Virus record (IMG/VR): IMGVR_UViG_3300047160_003205
Span: 14,845 to 78,844 of that record
Source of the DNA: a virus
Lineage: Duplodnaviria > Caudoviricetes
Direction: 5' to 3' (one strand)
Length of the DNA stretch: 64,000 nt
Positions 44,203 to 54,457 of the stretch are shown one piece after another (position 1 is the stretch's first letter; every line of letters starts with the position of its first letter). A program made the position numbers and the translations under genes. Under the pieces are notes generated by a model. It saw nothing but the letters and a program-made list of their open reading frames with translations, did no database searches and had not been told where the DNA came from.

Positions 44203-44984
44203 ACTATTATGGCACGCTCACGAAGGCGCTGGATGACGTCCTAGAGCATGGCTACGATAGCCCAGCGCGCGTCGCCTACTGGGCGGGGCTGCTGAAGGAG
44301 ACCGCTGAGGATAGCTTCAAGGCTCCTGGCGAGATGGAGGGAAACCTCCGAAGGGCGCTAACGTCTACCTACAGCCGATTGGTGGACCGGGGTGGGGTCC
44401 TTCAGCTTCACCCCCACCTCAGTAAGGTCGCCCTCGACCGTTTGAAACCCCAGCTACAAGTGGAGCTAGACCGCCGGATCATGGCGGCGGCCTCGGTCGT
44501 GCGGATGCGGCGGGATGAGGCGATCCAATCGACCCTGCGGAATTTCATTGGGTGGGCCACCAGCGTTCCCAGCGGTGGTACTCCTTATATATATAGGCGC
44601 GCGAAGAAGGCTGAAATCCGCAGGCCGCTGTCTTCCGCGATGTTGTCCGAATCCAATGTGGTTATTGACCAGACGGGCAAGCTTACCTCCGCCGTTCACC
44701 ATTGCTTAGCCCATGAGTCCGGGGCCATCGCCGCGCAATGGCACTCTAAGTACCAACAACCAGGTTACAACTATCGCGAGGACCATAAGGAACGACACGG
44801 ACATGTGTACATTATCCGTGGCTCATGGGCCCATCAGGATGGGTTGATCGGACGGGGCGCGCGGTTTACCGACAGCATTACGCTGCCTGCAGAGGAGCCG
44901 CACTGTAAATGCAGATACAACTACCTGTACCGGCTAGACGAACTCCCCCCGGAAATGCTGACCCGCAAAGGTCGCGCGCACTGA
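44199..44984 (+). CDS. Head morphogenesis protein (SPP1 gp7/MuF-like)
   Basis: WHS...YNYREDHKER...PAEEPHCKCRYNY. Confidence 0.8.
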   Translation: MNYYGTLTKALDDVLEHGYDSPARVAYWAGLLKETAEDSFKAPGEMEGNLRRALTSTYSRLVDRGGVLQLHPHLSKVALDRLKPQLQVELDRRIMAAASVVRMRRDEAIQSTLRNFIGWATSVPSGGTPYIYRRAKKAEIRRPLSSAMLSESNVVIDQTGKLTSAVHHCLAHESGAIAAQWHSKYQQPGYNYREDHKERHGHVYIIRGSWAHQDGLIGRGARFTDSITLPAEEPHCKCRYNYLYRLDELPPEMLTRKGRAH

Positions 44985-45355
44985 GGAAGTGCGGGCCGTG
45001 TACGTTTTGCTGTACGGCGATGGGGATTGACGCCCTAGAGAAGCCCGGTTGGCAGCATTGTAAGCATGCTAGGTCTAATGGTTGCTCGATCTATCATGAT
45101 CGCCCGGATGAATGTCGGAATTTTAGCTGCTTATGGTTGTTGGGTTGGCTTCCGAGAAACATGCGGCCTGACAAGGTTGGCGGATTGGCTGCTATGTTCG
45201 CAGGAGAGAACTACATTTATGTCACTGGACGACGAGACGCCGGTATAATCGAAGCCCTGCGGGCCATGGGCTGGAGAGGCTTGATCAAGGTAGATAACTC
45301 GCGCTGGACGCCTGCTGAGCGGCGCGAGATGGGAGAAGGGTTCATACATGGCTAG
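44909..45355 (+). CDS. YkgJ-family Cys-cluster protein
   Basis: CGPCTFCC...CKH...CSIY..RP.EC..FSCLWL; start uncertain. Confidence 0.75.
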   Translation: MQIQLPVPARRTPPGNADPQRSRALRKCGPCTFCCTAMGIDALEKPGWQHCKHARSNGCSIYHDRPDECRNFSCLWLLGWLPRNMRPDKVGGLAAMFAGENYIYVTGRRDAGIIEALRAMGWRGLIKVDNSRWTPAERREMGEGFIHG

Positions 45356-45857
45356 CAGAACTGCATGGACGGCAGGTAATGGCGTTGGCCTAACCTGGAC
45401 CTCCTGTTTCGCTTCTGCCGATCTTCAAAGCTTAGCATACTTTAGCTCGGTTATGAGTTCGTCGGCCGACATCGCCAACGACACTTACCTCGATCAATAC
45501 GCGGATGTTGCCTGCCAGTTCACAATCGCGTCGTCTACCATCGCCGCTGGCGCCTACATGGCCCTATACCTGTTGGACAGGTACAACATCGATGGAACGA
45601 ACACTTGGTATGGTGGCGGCCTTTATGCTTCGGGCGGGACCCAATCGACCACTAACTTCCTGAGCGGTTTCGTAGGCTCAGTGGCCTTGGATACTAGGGC
45701 CACAGTGACGCTTATCCCGTGTATCTTCAAGGGCATCGTCCTGCCTCCGAGGCCATTCCGGTTTGGTATTCAAAACGGATGTGGGTTCACATTGAGCGCC
45801 ACGGCAGGCTCCCAGCGGATTTACTACACGACGTATAACGTCAACCTGAACAACTAA
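45348..45857 (+). CDS. Putative virion accessory protein
   Basis: Beta-rich, S/T/A/G-rich 169 aa, directly before the LamG/repeat gene. Confidence 0.55.
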   Translation: MASRTAWTAGNGVGLTWTSCFASADLQSLAYFSSVMSSSADIANDTYLDQYADVACQFTIASSTIAAGAYMALYLLDRYNIDGTNTWYGGGLYASGGTQSTTNFLSGFVGSVALDTRATVTLIPCIFKGIVLPPRPFRFGIQNGCGFTLSATAGSQRIYYTTYNVNLNN

Positions 45858-45861
45858 AGCG

Positions 45862-48800
45862 ATGGGGCACCTGCTCCTCCCAGGGCAAGACTGGGACCGC
45901 ACCGTTGTTAGCGGCACCCGGTTTAGTTCGCACCCGTACCCAGCGGCACGCATAGACTGGTCACACCCACTGACCGAAGGGTTGACCTTCTATTGCACCT
46001 TCGGCCAGGGCGGCCGGGAAATCGACCTTATCCGACAGGGTGCGTCGGCCAACAATGCTAGCCAAGCTATAATAGATGTGGGGACGGCTGGCATTGGGAT
46101 CCTGGCTAATTCCACCACTTCGAAGTCAGCCTGGGCCTATACCGCTCTTCCAAACATGTCGACTGGCGATTTTACCATCGCCACCTTGATGTGGGTCGGC
46201 ACTATTCCATCGAAGAAGGCGGTTACGATCTGCGGTCAGGATACGGCCGGGAGTACGCCCAACCTGGTATTAGGCTGGTCCAGCGCCACGATCCCATTGG
46301 TAACGTTGACGGTGGGCGGCACGGTAGTCACTCATACGGCTAGCCCGGTGGCGAATGCCGGAATGCAGATGTTCGCCGGCACGCGCCAGGCAGGCTCAGT
46401 GACTTGCTACTATCAGCAGGAAGGCCACCAGCTTCAGGCCACTACGCCGACGACCATTACAACTTCAGTCAGTAGTTCTACTACCCTTCCGTTCTTCGGT
46501 GGCTCGGGGTCCGCCCTCAGCGGAAGCTGGTACTATCTCGCCTTTTGGAACCGAGGACTCCAGGTAACTGAAATAGCGGAGCTGTGGAATGATCCATACC
46601 AGTTCCTAAGTTTTTACAACGACCCGGGGAACTTCACCCCATGGATGATGCCCCCATCAGGGCAAATCTATACCCGAAGTATATCAGCAACCAGCACTGA
46701 GTTAGTAAGAAGTTACATTGGAAGTCGTGGCAAGTTCTTCGGGGTTACGGACCATGAAATTATCTATTCACAGCAGGGGATCAATAAGAACGTCGGATCA
46801 TCGACGCCTATTCAGTCGATTGCCGCTGCTAAAGTGGCCAATAGGTCCATTGTTGTTGTTGCTACCAGTATGGCGGCTGCTGCTAAAGCGGTCTGGAGGG
46901 CCATTGCTGCCGTATCAACAAACCAGGTTGCAATTACTAACCAAGCTGTAAAACGCATCATTGTGACGCAGTCTCACATGGTGAGCGCGATTAAGGCATT
47001 GAAGAAGGGTGTTATTTTAACAACATCCCAGATGGTATCGCATATTAAAGCCGCGACAAGATGGCTTACGGGCGCCACTAATCCTGAAGTTGTTCATGTT
47101 ACGTCCACCCGTGCCCGCTTCCTGACGCCCATCTCAGTCGCGTCCGTTGAAGCCGTCCGAGTGTTGAAGGCCATATCGAGAGGGGTCAGTATCACTTCTG
47201 CCGAGGTTGTGAATGCTGTTTTCTCAATTGCTCACAACCTGATAATGACTATCGCGTCATCCGAAGTGGTGAATGCGGCGAAGGCTATCGCGAAGACGCT
47301 GGCCGCGATCATTGATCCTGAGGTGGTCGCCGCTACCGCTAACAAGGTGGTGGGTGCGCATAATGTCAATGTGAATGTCATTACAACCGAGGTCGTTAAC
47401 GCTTTTAAGGCGTTCGGGAAGGGCATTGGTGTAGTTTCCACTGAAATAGTGGCAGCCTTAATGTCACTATTGCGGGTTAGGACTGTCAACATATCCCAGT
47501 CTGAGGTGGTTAATGTTGCTAAAGCATTGACAAAGTTCGTGGGTTTAACCTCCACGGAAGTGGTAAATGCGGCGAAGGCCGTGGTTAAGGCTTTCTCGAT
47601 AACTGATCCGGAGAGCGTCAGCGCGGTCGCGATTAGGTCTTTCCTCAGGGCAGTCTCTGTTGTTTCTGCTGAAATAGTCAACGTTCCGAAGGCGGTTGTT
47701 AAGTTTATTCACGTTACCTCCACACAGCTGGTCAATTCGGCAAAGGTGATTGGGAGGGCGATTGGGGTTACGTCTACTGAAACGGCGGCCGCATTCGCCC
47801 AGAAAGCCTTCTTGAAAGCTTATGGAGCGGTATCTGCTGAAGTAGTGAATGTTGCGAGGGCGGTGGTAAGAGGGATCAGTCTTACCTCCACGGAAGTGGT
47901 AAATATTGTTCGGCAGCTGTCTCTAAGCCGAGTGTTGAATGTTTCTTCGACTGAAGTAGTCAACATTATAAAGGCGATTGGGCGTGCTATCAGCGTTACG
48001 TCCGCTGAAACTGTGGCGGCAACAGCTCAGAAAGCCTTCCTGAAATCTACGGGAGTGATATCCACTGAAGTAGTGAATCTGACTAGGGCGTTGGGTAAGG
48101 GAATTGGCCTTATCTCCGCTGAGCTGGTAAATGTCACTAGGCAGCTGACGTTAAGCCGTCTTCTGGGGGTACTATCCTCTGAAGTTGTCAATGCTTCGAA
48201 GGCGATAAGTAAGGCTGTCTCAGGGATCGTGGACCCTGAAGTGGTGAATGCCTCGGCGATGAAGGCATTCTTACGTCCGGTTGGTGTGGTATCAGCTGAA
48301 GTCGTGAATGTTGCTAGGACAGTTCTTCGGAACCTATTGTTGTCGGTCTTTGAGGCCGAGGCCATTGCTACGACTAAGAATGTTGGGAAGCGTGTTGCTT
48401 TATTCAGTACCGAGGTGGTTAATGCACTGAAGGGCTTTGGGAAAGCCTATAGCATCACTGACTCCGAAGTGGTGAATGCGACCGCGCAAAAGGCATTCTT
48501 ACGACCCGTTGGCGTAGTGTCTAACGAGGCGATTAACCTCTTCAAGAACATGGCGAGGGCCATTGGAGTCGTCTCCAATGAGGCGTTCGCAGTGGCTAAA
48601 GGAGTGGCTCGCTCCTTCGCTGTTATCTCGGCTGAGGTGGTTAACTCCACACAGACTCGGCCTGTCTCCAGGCTTTTTTCAGTCGCCAGCCCTGAAGTCG
48701 TCGCAGTCCTGAAAGGCCCGATAGGCAAGATCATAGGCATTACATCCAGTAGTGCCATTAATATTGTTAAGCTTATCAACAAGTTCTTGCACCTATTAGC

Positions 48801-49272
48801 GCCTCAGAAGGTCGGCATCATCTGGGTACCACCCTACAAGATCGTGGTGGTGTCCATTACGCAGGCCGAAGCTGTCCTTACTCTCAAAGCAACTGCCAAG
48901 ATTATTGGCCTGACGTCCCCTGAATATGTCATCAATATCTGGGGTCGCCCCAACAAGGTCATTATATCGACACAGATCGGACAGTCGTCTGTTGTTAATG
49001 TAATCCCGTCTGTCTATCCATTCGTCCCACCCGTCCCCCCGATCTCTCCACCCTTTCAGCCAGTTGGATGGTGGACTGCAATCCATACGCCTGAGACGGT
49101 GGCGATTGGGGATGTGTCTCCGCCTCTAGCGTATGCTGCTCCTTACAATGTTCACTGGCGCCGGACCCATGCTCCGGAGCCCGTTTTGACGGGCGCGTTG
49201 GCGCCGCCCGAACCTTTGAATATTGCTGAAATCTATTGGGTCAAGATGCACAAGCCAGAAACGGTGAATTAG
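45862..49272 (+). CDS. Fibre-like protein: LamG/concanavalin-like head and about 40 repeats of 18-20 aa
   Basis: FTIATLMW...LAFWNRGL..TEIAELWNDPY, then S[TA]EVVNxx[KR]Axx[KR]xIxVT repeats. Confidence 0.7.
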   Translation: MGHLLLPGQDWDRTVVSGTRFSSHPYPAARIDWSHPLTEGLTFYCTFGQGGREIDLIRQGASANNASQAIIDVGTAGIGILANSTTSKSAWAYTALPNMSTGDFTIATLMWVGTIPSKKAVTICGQDTAGSTPNLVLGWSSATIPLVTLTVGGTVVTHTASPVANAGMQMFAGTRQAGSVTCYYQQEGHQLQATTPTTITTSVSSSTTLPFFGGSGSALSGSWYYLAFWNRGLQVTEIAELWNDPYQFLSFYNDPGNFTPWMMPPSGQIYTRSISATSTELVRSYIGSRGKFFGVTDHEIIYSQQGINKNVGSSTPIQSIAAAKVANRSIVVVATSMAAAAKAVWRAIAAVSTNQVAITNQAVKRIIVTQSHMVSAIKALKKGVILTTSQMVSHIKAATRWLTGATNPEVVHVTSTRARFLTPISVASVEAVRVLKAISRGVSITSAEVVNAVFSIAHNLIMTIASSEVVNAAKAIAKTLAAIIDPEVVAATANKVVGAHNVNVNVITTEVVNAFKAFGKGIGVVSTEIVAALMSLLRVRTVNISQSEVVNVAKALTKFVGLTSTEVVNAAKAVVKAFSITDPESVSAVAIRSFLRAVSVVSAEIVNVPKAVVKFIHVTSTQLVNSAKVIGRAIGVTSTETAAAFAQKAFLKAYGAVSAEVVNVARAVVRGISLTSTEVVNIVRQLSLSRVLNVSSTEVVNIIKAIGRAISVTSAETVAATAQKAFLKSTGVISTEVVNLTRALGKGIGLISAELVNVTRQLTLSRLLGVLSSEVVNASKAISKAVSGIVDPEVVNASAMKAFLRPVGVVSAEVVNVARTVLRNLLLSVFEAEAIATTKNVGKRVALFSTEVVNALKGFGKAYSITDSEVVNATAQKAFLRPVGVVSNEAINLFKNMARAIGVVSNEAFAVAKGVARSFAVISAEVVNSTQTRPVSRLFSVASPEVVAVLKGPIGKIIGITSSSAINIVKLINKFLHLLAPQKVGIIWVPPYKIVVVSITQAEAVLTLKATAKIIGLTSPEYVINIWGRPNKVIISTQIGQSSVVNVIPSVYPFVPPVPPISPPFQPVGWWTAIHTPETVAIGDVSPPLAYAAPYNVHWRRTHAPEPVLTGALAPPEPLNIAEIYWVKMHKPETVN

Positions 49273-49308
49273 GGCGGCAGAAAGACCTTCCCCCGGAGAA
49301 TACGAACC

Positions 49309-49650
49309 ATGCCATTGACCGCCAAAGGCAACAAGATAATGAAGTCAATGGTGGAGCAATATGGCAAAAATCGAGGTAAACGCATCTTCTACGCATCCAG
49401 AAACAAGGGAACGATTGCCGGAGTTGACATGGTTGATGATGATGGTGACTTGATTATCAAGCATCTTTCTGATGATGATAATGAGCGGATGGCCGCTTGT
49501 CACCATCGGATGGATGATCTCAAGCGTCGAATGGACGCTGTAGAAGAACGGTTCGCTCGGGAACGGATCGACAAAGGGCACTGGATCGCCCGCACGACGA
49601 TACCTGCCGGGGAAAAGATTGAACGTAAAGTTAAGCAAGGCCGTGGCTAG
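49309..49650 (+). CDS. Small head-module protein
   Basis: MPLTAKGNKIMKSM..QYG...FYAS.NKG motif. Confidence 0.55.
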   Translation: MPLTAKGNKIMKSMVEQYGKNRGKRIFYASRNKGTIAGVDMVDDDGDLIIKHLSDDDNERMAACHHRMDDLKRRMDAVEERFARERIDKGHWIARTTIPAGEKIERKVKQGRG

Positions 49651-50690
49651 TGCAACAGTGCGCCGGCATCCTCATCCTGTCGGAGAACAATAATGCCCTC
49701 TTCCTTCTCCGATCCACTAAGGGAGATCACCCATTCGAATGGTGTCTTCCAGGCGGAAAGAGCGAGGATGGAGACGCCTCTCTCGAAGACACCGCCTGTC
49801 GGGAAACCAAAGAGGAGTGTGGCTATCGCGCTACTCCGGAGCGTATCACACTTCTCACTCGTACAGTCAATGAGGCGGAAGATACCGACTTCACCACCTA
49901 CCTGTGCCGAGTGAAGGGTGAGTTTGAAGCGAGGGTTGATGATGAGCACTTGGGCTATTGTTGGGCTCCCCTTGAGCACCCACCTGAACCTCTTCTTCCT
50001 GGGTGTAGGGTTGCTTGCCGCCGCATTGGTATGGTGGAGATTGACGTCGCTAAGGCTATGGCCGCCGGGGAGCTGGTGAGCCCTCAGACCTACGAAAGCA
50101 TCACCCTGTTCGCCGTTCGCATAACCGGCACTGGAAAGTCCTACCGACATAAGCTGGACGAGCACGTTTGGCGCGATCCAATCTTGTACCTGAATCCGGA
50201 GTTTCTAGAGCGTTGCAATGGGCTCCCGGTGATAATGGAGCATCCTCCCGGCTCGGTTCTGGACTCTAAGGAGTTCAACAAGCGGATGGTAGGGACCATC
50301 CTTTATCCCTACATTAAGGGGGAGGAGGTTTGGGGCATTGCGCGCATCATGGATGACGCAGCGATAAAGATGTTGTCGGATGCACAATTGAGCACGAGCC
50401 CGGCAGTTACTTTTGATTACCGCTCAGAGAACATTGAGGGAACGACAAAGAATGGTGAAAAAATCCTGATTGAAGGGAAGCCGTCGCTGGTAGATCACCT
50501 CGCAATATGTATGGAAGGCGTGTGGGATAAGTCGGGACCGCCGGTGGGAATTGATCGCACAGGAGCTGAAATGGCGGTGGCTGATTCAGTCGCTATTGAT
50601 TTTTCTGGGATAAGTGAGCTGACAAGTCAAATCAAGATGTTGGACGTTCGAATTAGCAACCATTTATCACGACGACATGCACACAATTAA
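49650..50690 (+). CDS. NUDIX hydrolase fused to DUF2213-type prohead protease
   Basis: GGKSE...TACRETKEECG Nudix box; NGLPVIMEHP, LSTSP, DHLAIC..GVWD. Confidence 0.82.
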   Translation: MQQCAGILILSENNNALFLLRSTKGDHPFEWCLPGGKSEDGDASLEDTACRETKEECGYRATPERITLLTRTVNEAEDTDFTTYLCRVKGEFEARVDDEHLGYCWAPLEHPPEPLLPGCRVACRRIGMVEIDVAKAMAAGELVSPQTYESITLFAVRITGTGKSYRHKLDEHVWRDPILYLNPEFLERCNGLPVIMEHPPGSVLDSKEFNKRMVGTILYPYIKGEEVWGIARIMDDAAIKMLSDAQLSTSPAVTFDYRSENIEGTTKNGEKILIEGKPSLVDHLAICMEGVWDKSGPPVGIDRTGAEMAVADSVAIDFSGISELTSQIKMLDVRISNHLSRRHAHN

Positions 50691-50771
50691 ATCCTTCGTA
50701 AAGCCGCTACCTCAAGATTGCGATTTATCGCTTCACACGCTCATGCGTGGTTCCAATACTGGAGATAGGAA

Positions 50772-51875
50772 TTGGTCCAGGATTCAAGGTTGATCCGCGC
50801 GGACGATGACGATGACAAGAAGCGCCATGACGATGACGACGATGATCGTCGTGACGATGCGTCGGCTGGAACCCGGCTGAAGAAGTTCATCACAGATGCC
50901 ACTTCCGCTCTTGATAGTTTGGCTAAGCGCATGGATGCGCTGGAGCGACGTCATCGAAAAGATGATGATGACGATGATGACCGGAAGGACGATGATGACG
51001 ACCGCCATCATTCCAAGAAGGACGATGATGACGACCGCAAGGATGACGATGACGACGACCGGAAAGACGACGATGACGACCGGAAGGACGATGCCCTTCC
51101 AAAGGTGAAGATCAAATCCAAGAAGGACGACGACTTGCCTGAGGGTGAAGAGCCTGAGGAAGCGGAGAAAGTCGCTGCTGATAAGAAGAAGAAGCGTCAC
51201 GATGATGACGATGACGATGACCGGAAGGACGATGCGAAGAAGACACCGGCTGCTTTCCTGAAGCACATGAAAAAGGACGACGACGACGACGACCGGAAGG
51301 ACGATGATGACGACGACCGAAAGGATGCTGGTCCGGTGGGTGGGCCGAACGCTCTGAAACACATTCGTCGTGACAGTCGGACTGATTCTGACGTCCATAA
51401 GCGCCTACGGCGTGCGGAAGAAGCTCTCCAGGACGTCATTAAGGCCATCCCCAAGCGTCGCACGGATGATGACATCCACGCCCTTTCGGATGTACAGGCG
51501 CGGGCTGATGAGGTTTATACAGCCCTCGGCAAGCGTGGAGCCCCACGCTTCCTGGATGGCGAAGACCTGATGGGCTACCGCCGTCGCATCGCTCGTGATC
51601 TCAAGGTCCATTCTCCGGAGTGGAAGGAAGTCAATCTCCACGCTATTACGGATGATTCGGCATTTGAAATCCTGGAACGGCGTATCTATGCGGATGCAAT
51701 GAGTGCGGCGCTGGCGCCGACGACAGCCGAACCCGGCACCCTTCGTCCGATCACCCGTCGTTCAGGCGGCCATGAGATCACTGAATATGTGGGTGAGCCT
51801 CGGACCTGGATGAATGATTTTTCGGGCCTTGGCCAAGCGGTCACTGGATCTATTACTGTTGGGAATCAACGCTAA
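50772..51875 (+). CDS. Scaffolding protein with Asp-rich RKDDDDDD repeats
   Basis: Position between protease and capsid genes; C-terminal AQARAD..Y..G...P..LDGE..MGYRRR. Confidence 0.7.
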   Translation: MVQDSRLIRADDDDDKKRHDDDDDDRRDDASAGTRLKKFITDATSALDSLAKRMDALERRHRKDDDDDDDRKDDDDDRHHSKKDDDDDRKDDDDDDRKDDDDDRKDDALPKVKIKSKKDDDLPEGEEPEEAEKVAADKKKKRHDDDDDDDRKDDAKKTPAAFLKHMKKDDDDDDRKDDDDDDRKDAGPVGGPNALKHIRRDSRTDSDVHKRLRRAEEALQDVIKAIPKRRTDDDIHALSDVQARADEVYTALGKRGAPRFLDGEDLMGYRRRIARDLKVHSPEWKEVNLHAITDDSAFEILERRIYADAMSAALAPTTAEPGTLRPITRRSGGHEITEYVGEPRTWMNDFSGLGQAVTGSITVGNQR

Positions 51876-52825
51876 TGGTTGCGACTGTTGCTACTAACCC
51901 CTTCGTCACGACGGTTGGCCAGGGCCTCTTTAGCGCGAATGCCACCACCAATGGCCTCGTTCAAGGGACGGCCTATCCGGACCCGAGCACTCGGATTTCA
52001 TTGCGTCGGGGCTGGCTAGCTTTGTCTGAGACCATTCCAATGTGGGGTGGGGTCGCGATCTATGAGAACGTCCCGGGCTTCACCTCCGGACAGCCAAACC
52101 AAGCACTGGGCGTCCAGGTGGGTCGAGCGACTTCAATCTTGGGCGGTTCCACGCCAATCGCGGGGTTCTCGGTCTTCGATCAGGCTTACGCCATGGTCAA
52201 TTCGCCCGCATCCCCAGTTCCGCTGGCGCCGTCGTATGGCCAGGTTAACAGTTATGCCCTGGGCAGCGGAGCCCGTGTCGCAGTCGCTTGCGACCCCGGC
52301 CTCGTGTCGGCCTGGGGTGGCCCGGTCGGTTCTGGCCCGGCATGGCAGAACGTTACCTTTGGCGGCGGTTCGGGTGGCCATCCTCCGATCACTTGGGACC
52401 TGACGAATCAGATACTTGTCCCGTACATTAACACGGGCACCACCCAGAACGTCTCAGCAGTTTCCTACGCTATTGGCACTGGCCTCGTCACCCTAACCAC
52501 TACGGCTCCAGTGAACCTGTCGCCTGGGGATTCAGTCTTTGTGGCGAACATCGGTGGGACTGGTTCGTTTGCCAGCTGCAACGGCGGTCCTTTTACCACT
52601 GTTACGGGTACCACTGGATCCACCGTCATCTACCAGATTGCTTCCGGTCTTACCATGACCACGACTGCGGGTGGCACCACGACAGTGAAGACGGGTACTA
52701 CCCCGCTTCCGGCGGCCCTGCTGGAAGTCCAGGCTTCCGGTTGTATGACTGTGGCTTATACTACTGCGACCAACACAGCCGCTTGGAACTTCTCCGGGGC
52801 CTGTGCTGTTATTCAACTGATCTAA
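51875..52825 (+). CDS. Capsid decoration/cement protein with inserted beta domain
   Basis: GLVQGTAYPDP, MWGGVAIYE, ARVAVACDP; immediately before the MCP gene. Confidence 0.7.
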   Translation: MVATVATNPFVTTVGQGLFSANATTNGLVQGTAYPDPSTRISLRRGWLALSETIPMWGGVAIYENVPGFTSGQPNQALGVQVGRATSILGGSTPIAGFSVFDQAYAMVNSPASPVPLAPSYGQVNSYALGSGARVAVACDPGLVSAWGGPVGSGPAWQNVTFGGGSGGHPPITWDLTNQILVPYINTGTTQNVSAVSYAIGTGLVTLTTTAPVNLSPGDSVFVANIGGTGSFASCNGGPFTTVTGTTGSTVIYQIASGLTMTTTAGGTTTVKTGTTPLPAALLEVQASGCMTVAYTTATNTAAWNFSGACAVIQLI

Positions 52826-52837
52826 TGGGACATTGAT

Positions 52838-53857
52838 ATGACCCTTCAGGCTCCTGCCTATACGATTACCCACCCGTCGTTTGAGGAACCGGAGATTTTA
52901 CTCCAGTACACCCAAGCGTCAGGGTTCCCTGACGTATTGGCGGGTGGTCAGCCCCGTATCCGCCTCGGGGAGGACGACCTGGTAATCTACATGAAGCAAT
53001 TGAATGTCCGCACTCGGGTGGCGGCTAGTCAGGCCAGCACCAACGAGTTGCCGGGTGTCGATATGGCGGCCTCGATGATCTCGACGGCCACTTATCGGCT
53101 TCAATGCCGGTCGATCTACGATCACCACGATGTGAGCGCCGGTGGTCACTGGGGCTTCTCGACGGTGGAAGCTTATCGCCTGGGGATGCGCCAGGCGCAC
53201 TTTACCCTCGCGAGGGATGCCTGCCTCTATGGCATGAACCCGGCGAATGGTGAAGGGCTTGTTAACGTTTCGGGGGCGGTGGCGGTGACGCTACCGGCTG
53301 ACCAGAATGGTAACACCAAGGTCACGACCTACGACAACGGCGCGATGGCCTTCTTCCTCAACCAGCAAATCCTTAACATCAAGACCCGAACCCTGCAACT
53401 CGGGATTGGCAAAGAGTTCACCATCCTCGGTCCCCAACGGACGCTTGGCTTGTTCGAATACTCTATTGTTCAGCTGGTCCAATATCAGCGCGTGGGCTCG
53501 GGGACGAACTCGACGGCGGGCGTGGTGAAGGATGTCCTCATGATGAATGGGGACCGATTGGCTTGGGTCTATGATGACTCCCTGATCGGGCAGGGGGCCG
53601 GTGGCTCGGATATGGTGATCCTCGTCATGCCGGAACTCACGAAGCCCGCTGGGCCTCGGATCAACACCAATGAGTTCGCCAAGATCAGCCCCGGGAACCC
53701 CACGAACACGACAATGTATGCCGATATGGCGGCCCCCAAGGAGATTATCTCACCGCTCGCGGGGGGTGCGACGGACTTCCTGACCGAATGGCGTATCTCG
53801 TCTGGTTGGGGTGTGCGGCCGCAAGCTCTCACTCTAATCAGTATGCCGTACTCGTAA
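52838..53857 (+). CDS. Major capsid protein (DUF2184-like)
   Basis: PEILLQY.QASG, YDHHD, YGMNP.NGEGL, WGVRPQAL. Confidence 0.85.
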   Translation: MTLQAPAYTITHPSFEEPEILLQYTQASGFPDVLAGGQPRIRLGEDDLVIYMKQLNVRTRVAASQASTNELPGVDMAASMISTATYRLQCRSIYDHHDVSAGGHWGFSTVEAYRLGMRQAHFTLARDACLYGMNPANGEGLVNVSGAVAVTLPADQNGNTKVTTYDNGAMAFFLNQQILNIKTRTLQLGIGKEFTILGPQRTLGLFEYSIVQLVQYQRVGSGTNSTAGVVKDVLMMNGDRLAWVYDDSLIGQGAGGSDMVILVMPELTKPAGPRINTNEFAKISPGNPTNTTMYADMAAPKEIISPLAGGATDFLTEWRISSGWGVRPQALTLISMPYS

Positions 53858-53887
53858 GCGTTTACCTATCAGCAGCAGGTATACAAT

Positions 53888-54457
53888 ATGGCTTACCTTT
53901 ATGTTGCGAATACGACGCAACAACATCAGATCGTGTTCTATCGGACTGATGTAGCGCCGCCCGGCGCGAACGTTCCCTTCACCGCTCCAAAACAACAGGC
54001 CATCCCTCCGGGGCGCCAGGTAACAGTGGGTGGGAACCTCGACAAGAATGAGCTTGACTTTGTGATTGAGCAGCTTAACCAGTATGGAATGGTTGGGGAA
54101 GTTGATATCCCCAACAATCTCCAGTTGATGGTCCATCCGTTCATCTTCAACATTGATCGCCCGATCAGCCCCCGGTCTATCCAGACAGTGATGGAACACA
54201 ATATGGGCATTAAGATGAATGAGGGGCAGCGGCGACGTGAGGCGGCGGCGATTGGGGCAAATCAGTCTCTCGCGTTGGCAGCTCAGACCGCGAACGTTCC
54301 GGACCCACGCCAGTTCGACGTAGAATACGAACAGATGGAGCTGACCTCCGACGAGAAGCGGTTGGAACAGGGCTTCCATGTCGTAAAGGATATGGCCGAG
54401 GTTCCAGCTACCAAAGTTAAACGCGGTCCTGGGCGGCCGAGGAAGAACCCAGTTTGA
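53888..54457 (+). CDS. Virion morphogenesis protein
   Basis: LYVANTTQQ.Q...YR; follows the MCP; ends KRGPGRPRK. Confidence 0.6.
   Translation: MAYLYVANTTQQHQIVFYRTDVAPPGANVPFTAPKQQAIPPGRQVTVGGNLDKNELDFVIEQLNQYGMVGEVDIPNNLQLMVHPFIFNIDRPISPRSIQTVMEHNMGIKMNEGQRRREAAAIGANQSLALAAQTANVPDPRQFDVEYEQMELTSDEKRLEQGFHVVKDMAEVPATKVKRGPGRPRKNPV

Noticed and set aside
50784-51398. Val/Ile-rich membrane-like ORF on the minus strand
   Set aside because: Antisense of the GAT/GAC Asp repeats of the scaffold gene.
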